A stretch of DNA of 64,000 nt from a virus (Duplodnaviria; Caudoviricetes): positions 377,905-441,904 of the IMG/VR virus record IMGVR_UViG_3300029288_005873. One strand, written 5' to 3'. Positions 18,044 through 27,613 of the stretch are shown one piece after another. The stretch's first letter is position 1, and each line of letters begins with the position of its first letter. The position numbers and the translations under genes were made by a program. The notes beneath the pieces were generated by a model. It made no database searches. It had not been told where the DNA came from and worked only from the letters and a program-made list of their open reading frames with translations.

Positions 18044-21000
18044 TTGCCTTCCTCCAGCCGTTTCTTGAGGATTTTGTCAAATTCTTCAAGCTGTTCGGGC
18101 ATGCCGAGCCTTCTTAATGTTTTACGCCAAATAGAGAACAGCTTGACATCGTTTTCTTTATTATCAGCCAAACGTCCGATTGCTCCCATCACACCGGCCA
18201 TCTCATCTTCCTTATCGGGAAGATCTTTACGCAGGTCAAGAATACGCTGTTTCGGACGCCATCCTGTATGGCTTGGCATCATTAGCGCTTTTACCAACAC
18301 AGGAGATCCTTCTGTCAAAGTTGTTGAGGAATCAAAAATTATGCGAGATTTATCATGCGTATCCATCTCGTCCAAATGGCTTGCCTTACCTTGCGCAAGT
18401 TTTTGTCCATCCTCTGGCAGTATTGGAGTCATCATCTGGATATTATTAGGCGTTCCTGAAAAATCCCAAATTCCCTCCACAAGAGCTAAGTATAGATTTT
18501 TGCTCTGCTTATCATATGAGCTACTCTTGCCTTCTTCAGCACGCATTGTCCTTTTGCCAAGTGGAGAGTTTTCTCCATAATGTAAACCACATTCGGCAAA
18601 CAAAACATCTCCAGAACGCTTTACGACTGAAAGGAAATAACATCTAGGAGGAACCCTATCTTGGTCAATATTGGTTAGATATGGGCGCAGATCTACAAAA
18701 CCATTTTCTTGCTGAAGAACTTTTGAGAACCATGTCTGTATAATACTTGATACTATTTGATCAGCCCCATTGCGTGGCATTGATCTAACTTCGAGGTGGT
18801 CCTTGATCTCCCCAGTTTTCTTATCGATAACTTTTCTTAGTACAGGCATGCGTTTTGTGAAAAATCCCACAAGATGTAGTGGATGTATATATGACCATTC
18901 TAAAACAGCATCATAGAGTAGAGATTGTAGTCTTGATGTGCGATTCCCCTTTATTCCACCAGTGCGTTCCGCATGCTCAAGTTTTCTGCGATAAAACTCC
19001 TGCCGCAAAGACGATGACAGTTCCATGTAGTAGAGTTTCTCATTTTGATCATTCAGAAACTCATTTGTGCCAGTCGTTTGTTCGATACCAGTCTGCTGCT
19101 TTGTATCCTCAACTCTGTTTTTGGCTGTCTCAGGATCAGCTGGTTCAAACGATGCTGGCTGTTCCCATCTAGTAGTTCTCGGAGGATCAATAAATAGACC
19201 ACCCATATGACTTCCACCAGGATCCATTTTTCCTTTCCCAAAAGCCTGTCTTGGTGTAAATTTGGCATCATCGAATGGGCAATGGAAAGGCACATCCCAC
19301 AACCACTTTGGTGGAGTTCTAGCAGCTGTTTCCGATACAGCACCCTCTTTACCACCATCTTCAGCTTTCTGTCCTTGTGGATTCTCAACAATACCATAAA
19401 CACTGGCAAGTTTTCGCCGCGCCTCATTTCCTTCAGCCGTCTGCCAGAATGGACTTTCCCAATCCACGAAAGTCAACGGAATTCGTTGACCTGGACAATT
19501 TTCATTTATACAAGACATGTGCTGACTTGGTATATCCAGCATTCTACGACGATTGCTTATTTCAACCCTGAGTGTATTTCTTTCTGCCTCAAGAGCTTCA
19601 ACCTGGTACCCGTCGGACCTTAATGTATCAGAAAGACTAACTATTCTTGCTTTCAGTTCCCTATTGCTCGGATCGAGCGCAAGCTCTTTTTCAGCTTCTG
19701 TTTTTTTAGCCTTGGTTTCATCCAATGTCTGATTCGCGTTTGCAACACCCATTTCCTTAATCCGTAGTTCCTTCTCCTTAGTATCTAGAATCTCAGCGCA
19801 TGTTGGACATTTGAATTTTGGATGCCTACGGGACAAACCTTCTTCCTGCGTCTCATGTATAGATGTCTGCGAAAGAATAGGTGGAGCAGTCTTTATATCG
19901 CGCCTATTGCGACAATAACTACATACGGGTTTTCTATTTGCCGAAAAACCTTGACGCTTTCCAGCATCTGCCATCATGCGCCTATTTAATGCGTCATATA
20001 TATATCCATCCAAACTACCAGCTGGTGTTTTGGTGGCTAGATAAAATTGTAGGATTTTGGCAACGTGCCAGTTAACCAATGCAATAAAGGCTCTTCCAAC
20101 ATCGGTTCCATCAAGATCCTCATTGCGTATTTTTTTATATTCCTCAGAAGTCAATAATCCAAAGGGCGCATCTCCTACACTTCTGCGCCGTTTGTTGATA
20201 TCCCACCAACGCTTGCCAACCGCCAGGACTATTTTCGGCAAAATAAATTCTTGTATCATTCCCTTTTTGGCAGGATTGGAAACCATCTCTTTCAGAGCTT
20301 CCCAAGTTTCGCGTTTCTGAAATAAACGTCTAATAGAAGCACCATCGGACAAATCCTCAGCATCAAAAGGAAATCCCGGAGGAGTGGCGGTTACCTCGAC
20401 CCACGTACCGTTGGTTGAGGGTGGATTTAGTTCAACTGACAGATTCCATTCATTTGATTCCTGTTTGCGATGAACTTTTGTCCAAAGATCAGGAGTAGAT
20501 TTTTCTACTGGTAGAACTGGAGGCGGAACAGGAGCCTGTGGGATTTCTTTTTCGTCATCCTCTTCAAACTCCTGACGTTCAAACTCAAGAAGGCGTCTTG
20601 CCACTTCTTCATCACTCATACGCCCCCCACCAACTTGATCAGCCAATTTCCAAAGCGCAGCTAGTTTGCGCATTGCGGCATTTTCATCCAACATTGCCTC
20701 TGACAAAGTTGGTGCCCCATCAAGCCGTCGCGCTAAAATATCCGCCAACGATTCCGCATCGTCAGGTCCGACCGCCGTGAAAAGGTCACCATCACGCTCC
20801 ACCGGCATTCCCGTCCATTCTGCTCCAGCCTCTAGCATATCGGGACGAATTTCCGACCAACCGGTTATTTGACGACCTTTAACTAGATTTGCCTTTGCAG
20901 CCAAAAGAGGAGCATGACAAATAAGCGCCACAGGTTTTTCACTCTCGACAAAATCACGAAGTAGTTGCTGAGCTATCAGATCGTCCGAAAAACCAATCAT

Positions 21001-22173
21001 GCCTTTGCCACCAACTACAAATAGTCCATCAAATTTTGTAGGCTTAACATCTTTGATTTCAATATCAATCTCAATAGTGGTCCCTTGCGCGCCAACAGCC
21101 TTAGTACCACTAGTTGCCACAGATACATCCATACCCCTCTCTGAAAACACTTTGCGCGGAATAGAATATTCTGTCTCATAAAACTCATTTGGAGCCACAA
21201 GCATAAGAACATGTTTGTGCGCATCTGATGCGCTCTGTTCAACGGTCTCAAGCTGCCCTTCGAATGGTGTCATAGTTTCCATGAATGCCCTCATGGCCTT
21301 CTCCGTAAGTCCAAGTTTCTTTGCGATAGCGTCAGCTGTCATCATTGAACCAGACATGTTGAGGATGCGGTTCCTGTATGTGGATATAAGCATATCTGCC
21401 TGCTGTCTTGCTTCCGCCAACTCGTTTGGGAAGAAAATATTACTCATGGACTTTTTGAATGCGGAGGTTGGACCATATAGCCGAAGCATTGCATCCATTG
21501 ATGATTCCCTAGCCTCGCGCTCGGCAGGCTGTTTTCGGTAACTCTCTACTCCCTTCTCCACTTGAATGTGTTCGCCAATAGCCTCTGGATAAAAAGCCAT
21601 CTGGACAAAGTGCGTAAGCTCATGCGCAGCAGATTCCACAACAAACTGTCGCCACGCCTCCTCATTGCCTTTTCCAGATGCCAATGCGTTGAGTTCTTCT
21701 GCTGATGCAAAGAACACATAGATGTTCGATTCAGGGAGAGCTTGCCCCCTTATGCCAAAGCTCTCTGGTCGGAATGACAAGAAAACATTTGGCTTTTTGT
21801 ACAAAAAGCGCTCCGGTCCAACTGGATCGAGCACAAGTTTACCTACTGGTGTGCGTAGCGCCAAAGATTGAAAAACTCGCTTCTCAAGCTGGTTTACAGC
21901 ATGTTCAATCCACGCCTCGCTCAGTTGCGGATCCATCCCTTTCTTTATCTGCTCCGACAATTTACTGCTTACAATATCCTCGATATGGTCTACCACTTTA
22001 CGGACATTTGGCACAAGTTTCCTAGCAGCCGCACGCAAAGTGGCAATGTTCGCCTGTGGACCTGAAGTGTTTGACAAGGCTGTACGCTCAGCCTCATGTA
22101 AACTAGAAACCAGCTTGCTTTTCATTTCTTGCGGCATGGATTCCCATGTTTGCCTTGTGAGCCGAACCATCAA
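18040..22173 (-). CDS. Multidomain protein: HExxH metallopeptidase-like + DJ-1/PfpI + Zn-binding domain paralogous to 57969-59969
   Basis: AAHELTH...EREA. VLMLVAPNEFYETE...FDGLFVVGG...VALICHAP...GRQITG (DJ-1 nucleophile elbow). Several CxxC pairs in the C-terminal half. Confidence 0.8.
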   Translation of the reverse strand: MMVRLTRQTWESMPQEMKSKLVSSLHEAERTALSNTSGPQANIATLRAAARKLVPNVRKVVDHIEDIVSSKLSEQIKKGMDPQLSEAWIEHAVNQLEKRVFQSLALRTPVGKLVLDPVGPERFLYKKPNVFLSFRPESFGIRGQALPESNIYVFFASAEELNALASGKGNEEAWRQFVVESAAHELTHFVQMAFYPEAIGEHIQVEKGVESYRKQPAEREARESSMDAMLRLYGPTSAFKKSMSNIFFPNELAEARQQADMLISTYRNRILNMSGSMMTADAIAKKLGLTEKAMRAFMETMTPFEGQLETVEQSASDAHKHVLMLVAPNEFYETEYSIPRKVFSERGMDVSVATSGTKAVGAQGTTIEIDIEIKDVKPTKFDGLFVVGGKGMIGFSDDLIAQQLLRDFVESEKPVALICHAPLLAAKANLVKGRQITGWSEIRPDMLEAGAEWTGMPVERDGDLFTAVGPDDAESLADILARRLDGAPTLSEAMLDENAAMRKLAALWKLADQVGGGRMSDEEVARRLLEFERQEFEEDDEKEIPQAPVPPPVLPVEKSTPDLWTKVHRKQESNEWNLSVELNPPSTNGTWVEVTATPPGFPFDAEDLSDGASIRRLFQKRETWEALKEMVSNPAKKGMIQEFILPKIVLAVGKRWWDINKRRRSVGDAPFGLLTSEEYKKIRNEDLDGTDVGRAFIALVNWHVAKILQFYLATKTPAGSLDGYIYDALNRRMMADAGKRQGFSANRKPVCSYCRNRRDIKTAPPILSQTSIHETQEEGLSRRHPKFKCPTCAEILDTKEKELRIKEMGVANANQTLDETKAKKTEAEKELALDPSNRELKARIVSLSDTLRSDGYQVEALEAERNTLRVEISNRRRMLDIPSQHMSCINENCPGQRIPLTFVDWESPFWQTAEGNEARRKLASVYGIVENPQGQKAEDGGKEGAVSETAARTPPKWLWDVPFHCPFDDAKFTPRQAFGKGKMDPGGSHMGGLFIDPPRTTRWEQPASFEPADPETAKNRVEDTKQQTGIEQTTGTNEFLNDQNEKLYYMELSSSLRQEFYRRKLEHAERTGGIKGNRTSRLQSLLYDAVLEWSYIHPLHLVGFFTKRMPVLRKVIDKKTGEIKDHLEVRSMPRNGADQIVSSIIQTWFSKVLQQENGFVDLRPYLTNIDQDRVPPRCYFLSVVKRSGDVLFAECGLHYGENSPLGKRTMRAEEGKSSSYDKQSKNLYLALVEGIWDFSGTPNNIQMMTPILPEDGQKLAQGKASHLDEMDTHDKSRIIFDSSTTLTEGSPVLVKALMMPSHTGWRPKQRILDLRKDLPDKEDEMAGVMGAIGRLADNKENDVKLFSIWRKTLRRLGMPEQLEEFDKILKKRLEEGK

Positions 22174-25100
22174 TCGTTTCCTCTTTTGATTTTACCAGCG
22201 TCTCTGAAAAGCGCCAGTCGTAAAGAAGCAACAGCTATGCCCGGCTGTCCCTGCGCCGAAGACTGGTATGGCATCGGTGTAATTGCCCCACCGTCCCCAA
22301 ATGGTCCAGTATCCGAGTCTTTGCCGCCAAAATTGTTATTCCCATAGTCGTCGTCCGTGTTCTGAGACAACGGCTTCTTCACCTTCCCCCAGGTTTCGCC
22401 CAACGACCCCGGAACACGCAAACTACCCTTGTTGTGAAGCGTACTTACATCGGTCCGCATTCCTTTACCCTTTACCGTACTGGTAGTCGCACCCTCAAAA
22501 TCTTCATTAAGTTTATCAAGTAGTGCGCGCAATTCTTTACGCAAACCATCTATCCCAACTTTCTCGCCTAACTTAAATTCAATATGTAGACCCGTGCCAC
22601 CGCTCTGATATATCTTGGACGGAACACCATACTTCTCTTTAATGGCGGATGAAGCTTTTCTAGCATACTCTTTTGCTTTATCTAAGGAATATCCTCCATG
22701 GAGATCTAGGTCGACAAAACCAATATCAGTTTTGGTCCCAAAGACCTCATGTATTGCCAACATTCGTCGTTTCACCCAATACCAATAGTTGTTTGGTGAA
22801 TCCGAGTTTTTCTCTTCATCATTTTCAATTACGATAGATTTGTCGTCATGATTACGCTTTAGGATTTTCTCATTTTTGCCAACCCCAAGATAGATCAGCA
22901 CAGGAACGCTTTTAATACGAGACATTATCTGTTTACGAACAATAGGCTTGGCATAATGGTCATATATCTGTCCACGCGTCAACTTTACACCATCCTTGTC
23001 GATCAAAACCTCGCCGCGCTTCTTCTCATCCAAGTCCCCATCGTCAGCCTTGTTTTCGAACCGGCAAAAACGAATTACCACATAGCGCCTGTTTGGTCCA
23101 AACTTATGCTCAAGAGACCTAGCAACGTGTTTACCGAAGCTTTTTTCGATACGTGGTAAACTCATTGTCTCTTTTGAAAGGATCTTGATACGACAAATAT
23201 CTCCACCAGAATAGGTAACAGCCCTTACAACCTCATCCACTGCCACTGGCATATCAGCTAATCGTATAGTCCTTTCCATCTTGCCAGACTTGATATCCTG
23301 GGCAAAATTACCTGGGAATGCCAATGTGCCTGTATTTTCCGAAGCTTCCTTGCGCAAATGATCAATTCTCCGTGAAAAACGTAGCCAAGCATGTTCGCCT
23401 ATCATTTTCTTCAGCTTTTCTTTCGGGATCCCAGCACGCTCCGCCACCTCAAGAAAAACTGTGCGCCGCAAATCATCTTCGGGTACTTGCCTACCTTCGC
23501 TTTCTAGAATATCCCTAACCTGCTTTAGCATATGCTTATATTTCCCGAACAAGTTCGGAGGCATACGCGACTCGACATCCACCTGGGTACGACCAACTGG
23601 TTCATGCGTTTTGCGCACGTCAGTATTCAGAACAATAGGCATACCCCACATCTCAGATGGAAGAAACCATCCAAGTTCCATGGGATCGTCCACTGTCCAT
23701 AGCATCAGTTTTGGTTGTGGTTGACTCCTATCTATACGCATAAGTGTCAGACCAACCGACCTTAGGTCATCAGGGCGAACAATATCATAATTCAACCAGC
23801 GCTTAACTAGATCAATTATACCTGATGCACGTTCTACATAGTCCGGACGTTCTTTTGAACTGATAGGATGTGTTTCCGCCAGTGCCATTTTGAGAGCATG
23901 AGTACGGCAAACCTTTTTGCCGCCAAGGAAAGCAGCTATACGATCAGCAACTTTTCCAGGAAAGCCTCCCGTTCCACCATTGGATGGAATTCCAGCAAGC
24001 ATGGCATTCGCGATCCCGGCAAGGTCGGGTTCAGTTTTTTTCAGCGCTTCTAATGCCTGCCTATATCTTGAACTCTGTATGTAGTGTAAATTTCCTTTTC
24101 CAAAAGGTTTCCTGTTGAGGAGAAACTGTTGGACGCGACCTACACCACTTGCATTTGCAATAACAATGAGCTGATATGGATTAAAGGCACCAGGAGCCGA
24201 CGTGTCATATCCAGATTTTCGCAGCATATCAACTACAGCGTTGATCCTGGATGTAAAATCGGCCATCGAAGCCTTCTCCAATAGATTTGACAACGCCTTA
24301 TTCTTTCGTATACTGGCAGAATTAAATTGTCGTCTAAATTTCTGAAAAGCTGTTGGAGCCATCTGCGATAAATAAGCTTGTGTCAATGAACTCAAGGCAA
24401 CATTATCTGTTATGTATTGTTCATATACACGCTCAAGTATACGTTTGAAAGTCTCCGAATCGGTGTCAAAACCAAGATTGCGCAAAACAGAAGTATCTAT
24501 AACCCTGCCCACAAACCCATCGCCCCTTTTCTCTACAACCATATCAGGACGCCTGATGAAAGTCTTTTCCATGCGCCTCACTGGCGAAAGACCTTGGATA
24601 TCCTTGGGATTAACTGGAACGGTTTTCCAGATATTTACCTTCTTCAGTTTTCCAATAGTATCTAACCAGATTTTTGAAAGTTCCTTCATCTCCTCTGGAG
24701 ACATGGTAGTAGCTGCCTGCGCACCAGGCATACGGGAAAGTTTAGATAGCAAATATGGTCCATGTACCTGCGTAGGTCCAAAAGATGTGCCAGCATCTCC
24801 GACCGTATCGGTCCTCCCTCCAGATTCAAGTTTGGACATAATCCTAAACATTTTGTCGCCATCTACGCCACCAATATTACCGATACCTCCAACTGTTTGT
24901 GGTTTTTTATCAACAGCTCCCTCAAGTGCCGTCACAAGTTCGTTCGGATCGGGAATACCCGCAAACGCAAACATAGCTTTACGACTAATTTCTGCTGGCT
25001 TGAACTCATCAATATGTTCTACATGGAATTCATGCATGGTTGCATCCTTTGGCTTTTTATCATCCCGAAATCTTAGAAACTTTTGGTGGCGAAGACCTCC

Positions 25101-25976
25101 AGGAACACGTTCCTGGAAACCTATCTCAATGACAAAAAGTCCCTTTTCTAGATGCTTCTTGATCTCAGCTTCATTTTCTTCGGAAAAATTGTCTATCTCG
25201 CTGATTGCATACAATTTACCTTTATGGTATTGACCAAACTGCGCCATCAGCTTTCCAGTTTTACTTCTTGTTGTTCCGTAAACAACATAGTCATCAGAGT
25301 CGTGTTTTCCAGCGCCGCCTTTGTATTTCCACATTGTATCTGCAGGTTTTGGCTCATTCTCACCTTTAGGTTTCCACTGGTATTTTGCACCCTTAAGTTT
25401 AAGTACGATGCCTTCGCCTCCTTTCTTAACCGCACTATTCATTACATTCTGCCATTCGGAAAATGGATACTGTTCGGTAAGCTTCACTATATCTGACACT
25501 TTCACGGCAGATTCCAAAAGTTTACGCCGATCGGAAAAAGGTTTACCTGCTACATTATTTCCCTTGTGCCACAGGATGTCATACAAATACAACCTCATCT
25601 CTCCAGGTAAACTTTTAGCCTTCTCCACAGCCTTATCTGCCGAACTCCCAGCAAGTGATGTAACCTTTGTCACATCCTGCTTACCCTTGTCCCAATATGT
25701 CAACTCACCTTCGACCAACGTGCCATCGGGTAGATTTTCCAGCTCTTTGACGATTGATGGAAAGTTTCCAGTGACATCTTCACCGCTGCGACTGTATATA
25801 CTGATTTTTCCACCAGTTTTTATAACTTGTGCCTTCCAACCATCGAGCTTTGGTTCTACGACAATATCTTCACGACGATGGTCCTTCAGGACCTCGTCGG
25901 CATCGTCAACCTCAGTCAGACGCATCAGAGTCACTGGCACGAGTTCAGCGGCATGCCGAGAAATGGGCAGATACAT
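22170..25976 (-). CDS. Multidomain protein: ATP-dependent DNA ligase + lysozyme/SLT-like + ASCH + LigD-type primase-polymerase
   Basis: Ligase: EPKLDG, EGEL, YLYDIL, EGIVLK, WKYK, LRHQKFLRFRDDK. Lysozyme-like: LESGG...GDAGTSFGPTQ. ASCH: LAF...AQDIKSGKMERTIR. AEP: LTRGQIYDHY...FVDLD...SGGTGLHI...SLRVPGSL. Confidence 0.85.
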   Translation of the reverse strand: MYLPISRHAAELVPVTLMRLTEVDDADEVLKDHRREDIVVEPKLDGWKAQVIKTGGKISIYSRSGEDVTGNFPSIVKELENLPDGTLVEGELTYWDKGKQDVTKVTSLAGSSADKAVEKAKSLPGEMRLYLYDILWHKGNNVAGKPFSDRRKLLESAVKVSDIVKLTEQYPFSEWQNVMNSAVKKGGEGIVLKLKGAKYQWKPKGENEPKPADTMWKYKGGAGKHDSDDYVVYGTTRSKTGKLMAQFGQYHKGKLYAISEIDNFSEENEAEIKKHLEKGLFVIEIGFQERVPGGLRHQKFLRFRDDKKPKDATMHEFHVEHIDEFKPAEISRKAMFAFAGIPDPNELVTALEGAVDKKPQTVGGIGNIGGVDGDKMFRIMSKLESGGRTDTVGDAGTSFGPTQVHGPYLLSKLSRMPGAQAATTMSPEEMKELSKIWLDTIGKLKKVNIWKTVPVNPKDIQGLSPVRRMEKTFIRRPDMVVEKRGDGFVGRVIDTSVLRNLGFDTDSETFKRILERVYEQYITDNVALSSLTQAYLSQMAPTAFQKFRRQFNSASIRKNKALSNLLEKASMADFTSRINAVVDMLRKSGYDTSAPGAFNPYQLIVIANASGVGRVQQFLLNRKPFGKGNLHYIQSSRYRQALEALKKTEPDLAGIANAMLAGIPSNGGTGGFPGKVADRIAAFLGGKKVCRTHALKMALAETHPISSKERPDYVERASGIIDLVKRWLNYDIVRPDDLRSVGLTLMRIDRSQPQPKLMLWTVDDPMELGWFLPSEMWGMPIVLNTDVRKTHEPVGRTQVDVESRMPPNLFGKYKHMLKQVRDILESEGRQVPEDDLRRTVFLEVAERAGIPKEKLKKMIGEHAWLRFSRRIDHLRKEASENTGTLAFPGNFAQDIKSGKMERTIRLADMPVAVDEVVRAVTYSGGDICRIKILSKETMSLPRIEKSFGKHVARSLEHKFGPNRRYVVIRFCRFENKADDGDLDEKKRGEVLIDKDGVKLTRGQIYDHYAKPIVRKQIMSRIKSVPVLIYLGVGKNEKILKRNHDDKSIVIENDEEKNSDSPNNYWYWVKRRMLAIHEVFGTKTDIGFVDLDLHGGYSLDKAKEYARKASSAIKEKYGVPSKIYQSGGTGLHIEFKLGEKVGIDGLRKELRALLDKLNEDFEGATTSTVKGKGMRTDVSTLHNKGSLRVPGSLGETWGKVKKPLSQNTDDDYGNNNFGGKDSDTGPFGDGGAITPMPYQSSAQGQPGIAVASLRLALFRDAGKIKRGND

Positions 25977-27244
25977 TATTCTTCCTCCTCGTCCATCTCC
26001 ATCTCTTCGTCCTCATATTCTCGCAACATGGCTTCAGCTGCAGCATCAAGCTTCTCCTCGTCACTCATATCTGCGATAGCCAAAGTTATGATTCCAGCTC
26101 GTCGAAACGCAGACGATTTGCCTAGATCTTTCAACTTCCGTGCCTGCTCAAGCGGTTCTTGGCGCATCGACAATGGGAAAGGTACCGTTTCATCTGTGCG
26201 CTCGAGGATTACCATGTTTGGGTCAGAAGGATCTTCTTCCCCCTCCCAGAAAACATTTCCCATAAGATTACGCAGCTTTATACTGGAAGTTCCGCCAGTT
26301 GGTCTAAACTTCTTCCCTTGTCTATGTAATATCTTTCCTTTGCCACTAGATGCAGCACCAAGCTGGCTTTTAGGAAGGCGCAATTTATCACCCTCTGGTG
26401 ATACTTCCCACTCCCACTCCCATCCATGTTTACCACTGGTACCAAAACGTTCTTTCCTCCATCCTGGAAGTGGCTCCGCAACCGGCTTAACTGGTGGAGC
26501 TTCCTCTGGTTTTGCTGGCTCTACAGGAGCCACAGGCTCTTCAATTTTTGGCTCAATAGGCTTTTCTTCTGGCTCGATCGGTTTAGTTTCTGGAGCAGAA
26601 ACAGTAGGAGGTTCCACAGGAGTTTCATCTGGACGCTTTTTAACATTTGTCAGTGGAATAACCTCTGGTTTCAGCGACTCATTCAAAGCCTCCTCTAAAG
26701 AACTTTCCTCTCCCTTTCCCATTGGGGGCGGTGGAATAGGGGGTTTCTCTCCTTTATCCTCTGGCAATAGCGGCGAGACAACAGGTTTGCCCTTCTCTGG
26801 TTCCTTTTTGGGCGTCAGCTTTAGCAGCTGAGCTGTCATTTTTGCACGTTGTTCATCATAGTCAGAAAGAATATCGGCCTCAGTCTTTCCAAGACTAGTG
26901 ATCAAAGGTGTAGCTTTTCCTCGCCATTCCGAAAGTTCATGTTGCGAAAGCATTTCCTCAAGCTCATCGTTGGCAGATTGGAGTTCTTCGATTCTGGCAT
27001 TAATGGCTTCCTGGGCTTTTTTAGCAGCGCCATACATTGTACGATACTCGCTAAAAAGGGCTTTCCTAGCCCAGCCACTTAGCCTGGATAGAATGTTCCT
27101 CCAAAGTCCAGCCTCTTTGATAAGACCGCGATCGGCTACAGCTTCTAGTAAACCATCCATGATAGCTGCATCGTCATATAGACCTGCGTCATCCAACATC
27201 TGCGCCATCGCCGCAATTTTGGCCAAAACGGTTTCCCTACTCAT
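25976..27244 (-). CDS. Head-region protein with N-terminal LxxLAxxLDxxG motif and Pro/Glu-rich linker
   Basis: IAAMAQMLDDAGLYDDAAIMDGLL followed by LIKEAG. Confidence 0.7.
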   Translation of the reverse strand: MSRETVLAKIAAMAQMLDDAGLYDDAAIMDGLLEAVADRGLIKEAGLWRNILSRLSGWARKALFSEYRTMYGAAKKAQEAINARIEELQSANDELEEMLSQHELSEWRGKATPLITSLGKTEADILSDYDEQRAKMTAQLLKLTPKKEPEKGKPVVSPLLPEDKGEKPPIPPPPMGKGEESSLEEALNESLKPEVIPLTNVKKRPDETPVEPPTVSAPETKPIEPEEKPIEPKIEEPVAPVEPAKPEEAPPVKPVAEPLPGWRKERFGTSGKHGWEWEWEVSPEGDKLRLPKSQLGAASSGKGKILHRQGKKFRPTGGTSSIKLRNLMGNVFWEGEEDPSDPNMVILERTDETVPFPLSMRQEPLEQARKLKDLGKSSAFRRAGIITLAIADMSDEEKLDAAAEAMLREYEDEEMEMDEEEE

Positions 27245-27611
27245 TGTCGCCTCCGTTATCCTCTTCTTCCTTCACGGTCTCTTCTTTCATAGTTAATTCG
27301 CGTCGTTCTGCTCGACGCTCATTATTCTCTTTTTTAGCAAAGCTTGTCTCGGCAAATTTTACAAGCTGTCCAAGCATCCGTAACTTCATCTGGATTGATG
27401 CCTCTTTAGCTCGACATTCCAATATCCGCTTTTGAGCTGCCCGTGTCTCAATCTTAGCAGCAACAAGCGATTCTTTCCATTGGGCAAGATATCTACTTAT
27501 GACAGCCAAAAGCCCTTTGGCTTCATTAACATTATTTGCCCTAATACATCTATCCAAATGTGTATGCCACTGCCTACAACCATTTCTGAAGATAATGTCT
27601 TGATTATTCAT
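27237..27611 (-). CDS. Hypothetical protein
   Basis: 124-aa ORF coupled between portal and the next gene. Confidence 0.6.
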   Translation of the reverse strand: MNNQDIIFRNGCRQWHTHLDRCIRANNVNEAKGLLAVISRYLAQWKESLVAAKIETRAAQKRILECRAKEASIQMKLRMLGQLVKFAETSFAKKENNERRAERRELTMKEETVKEEEDNGGDNE

Positions 27612-27613
27612 AG

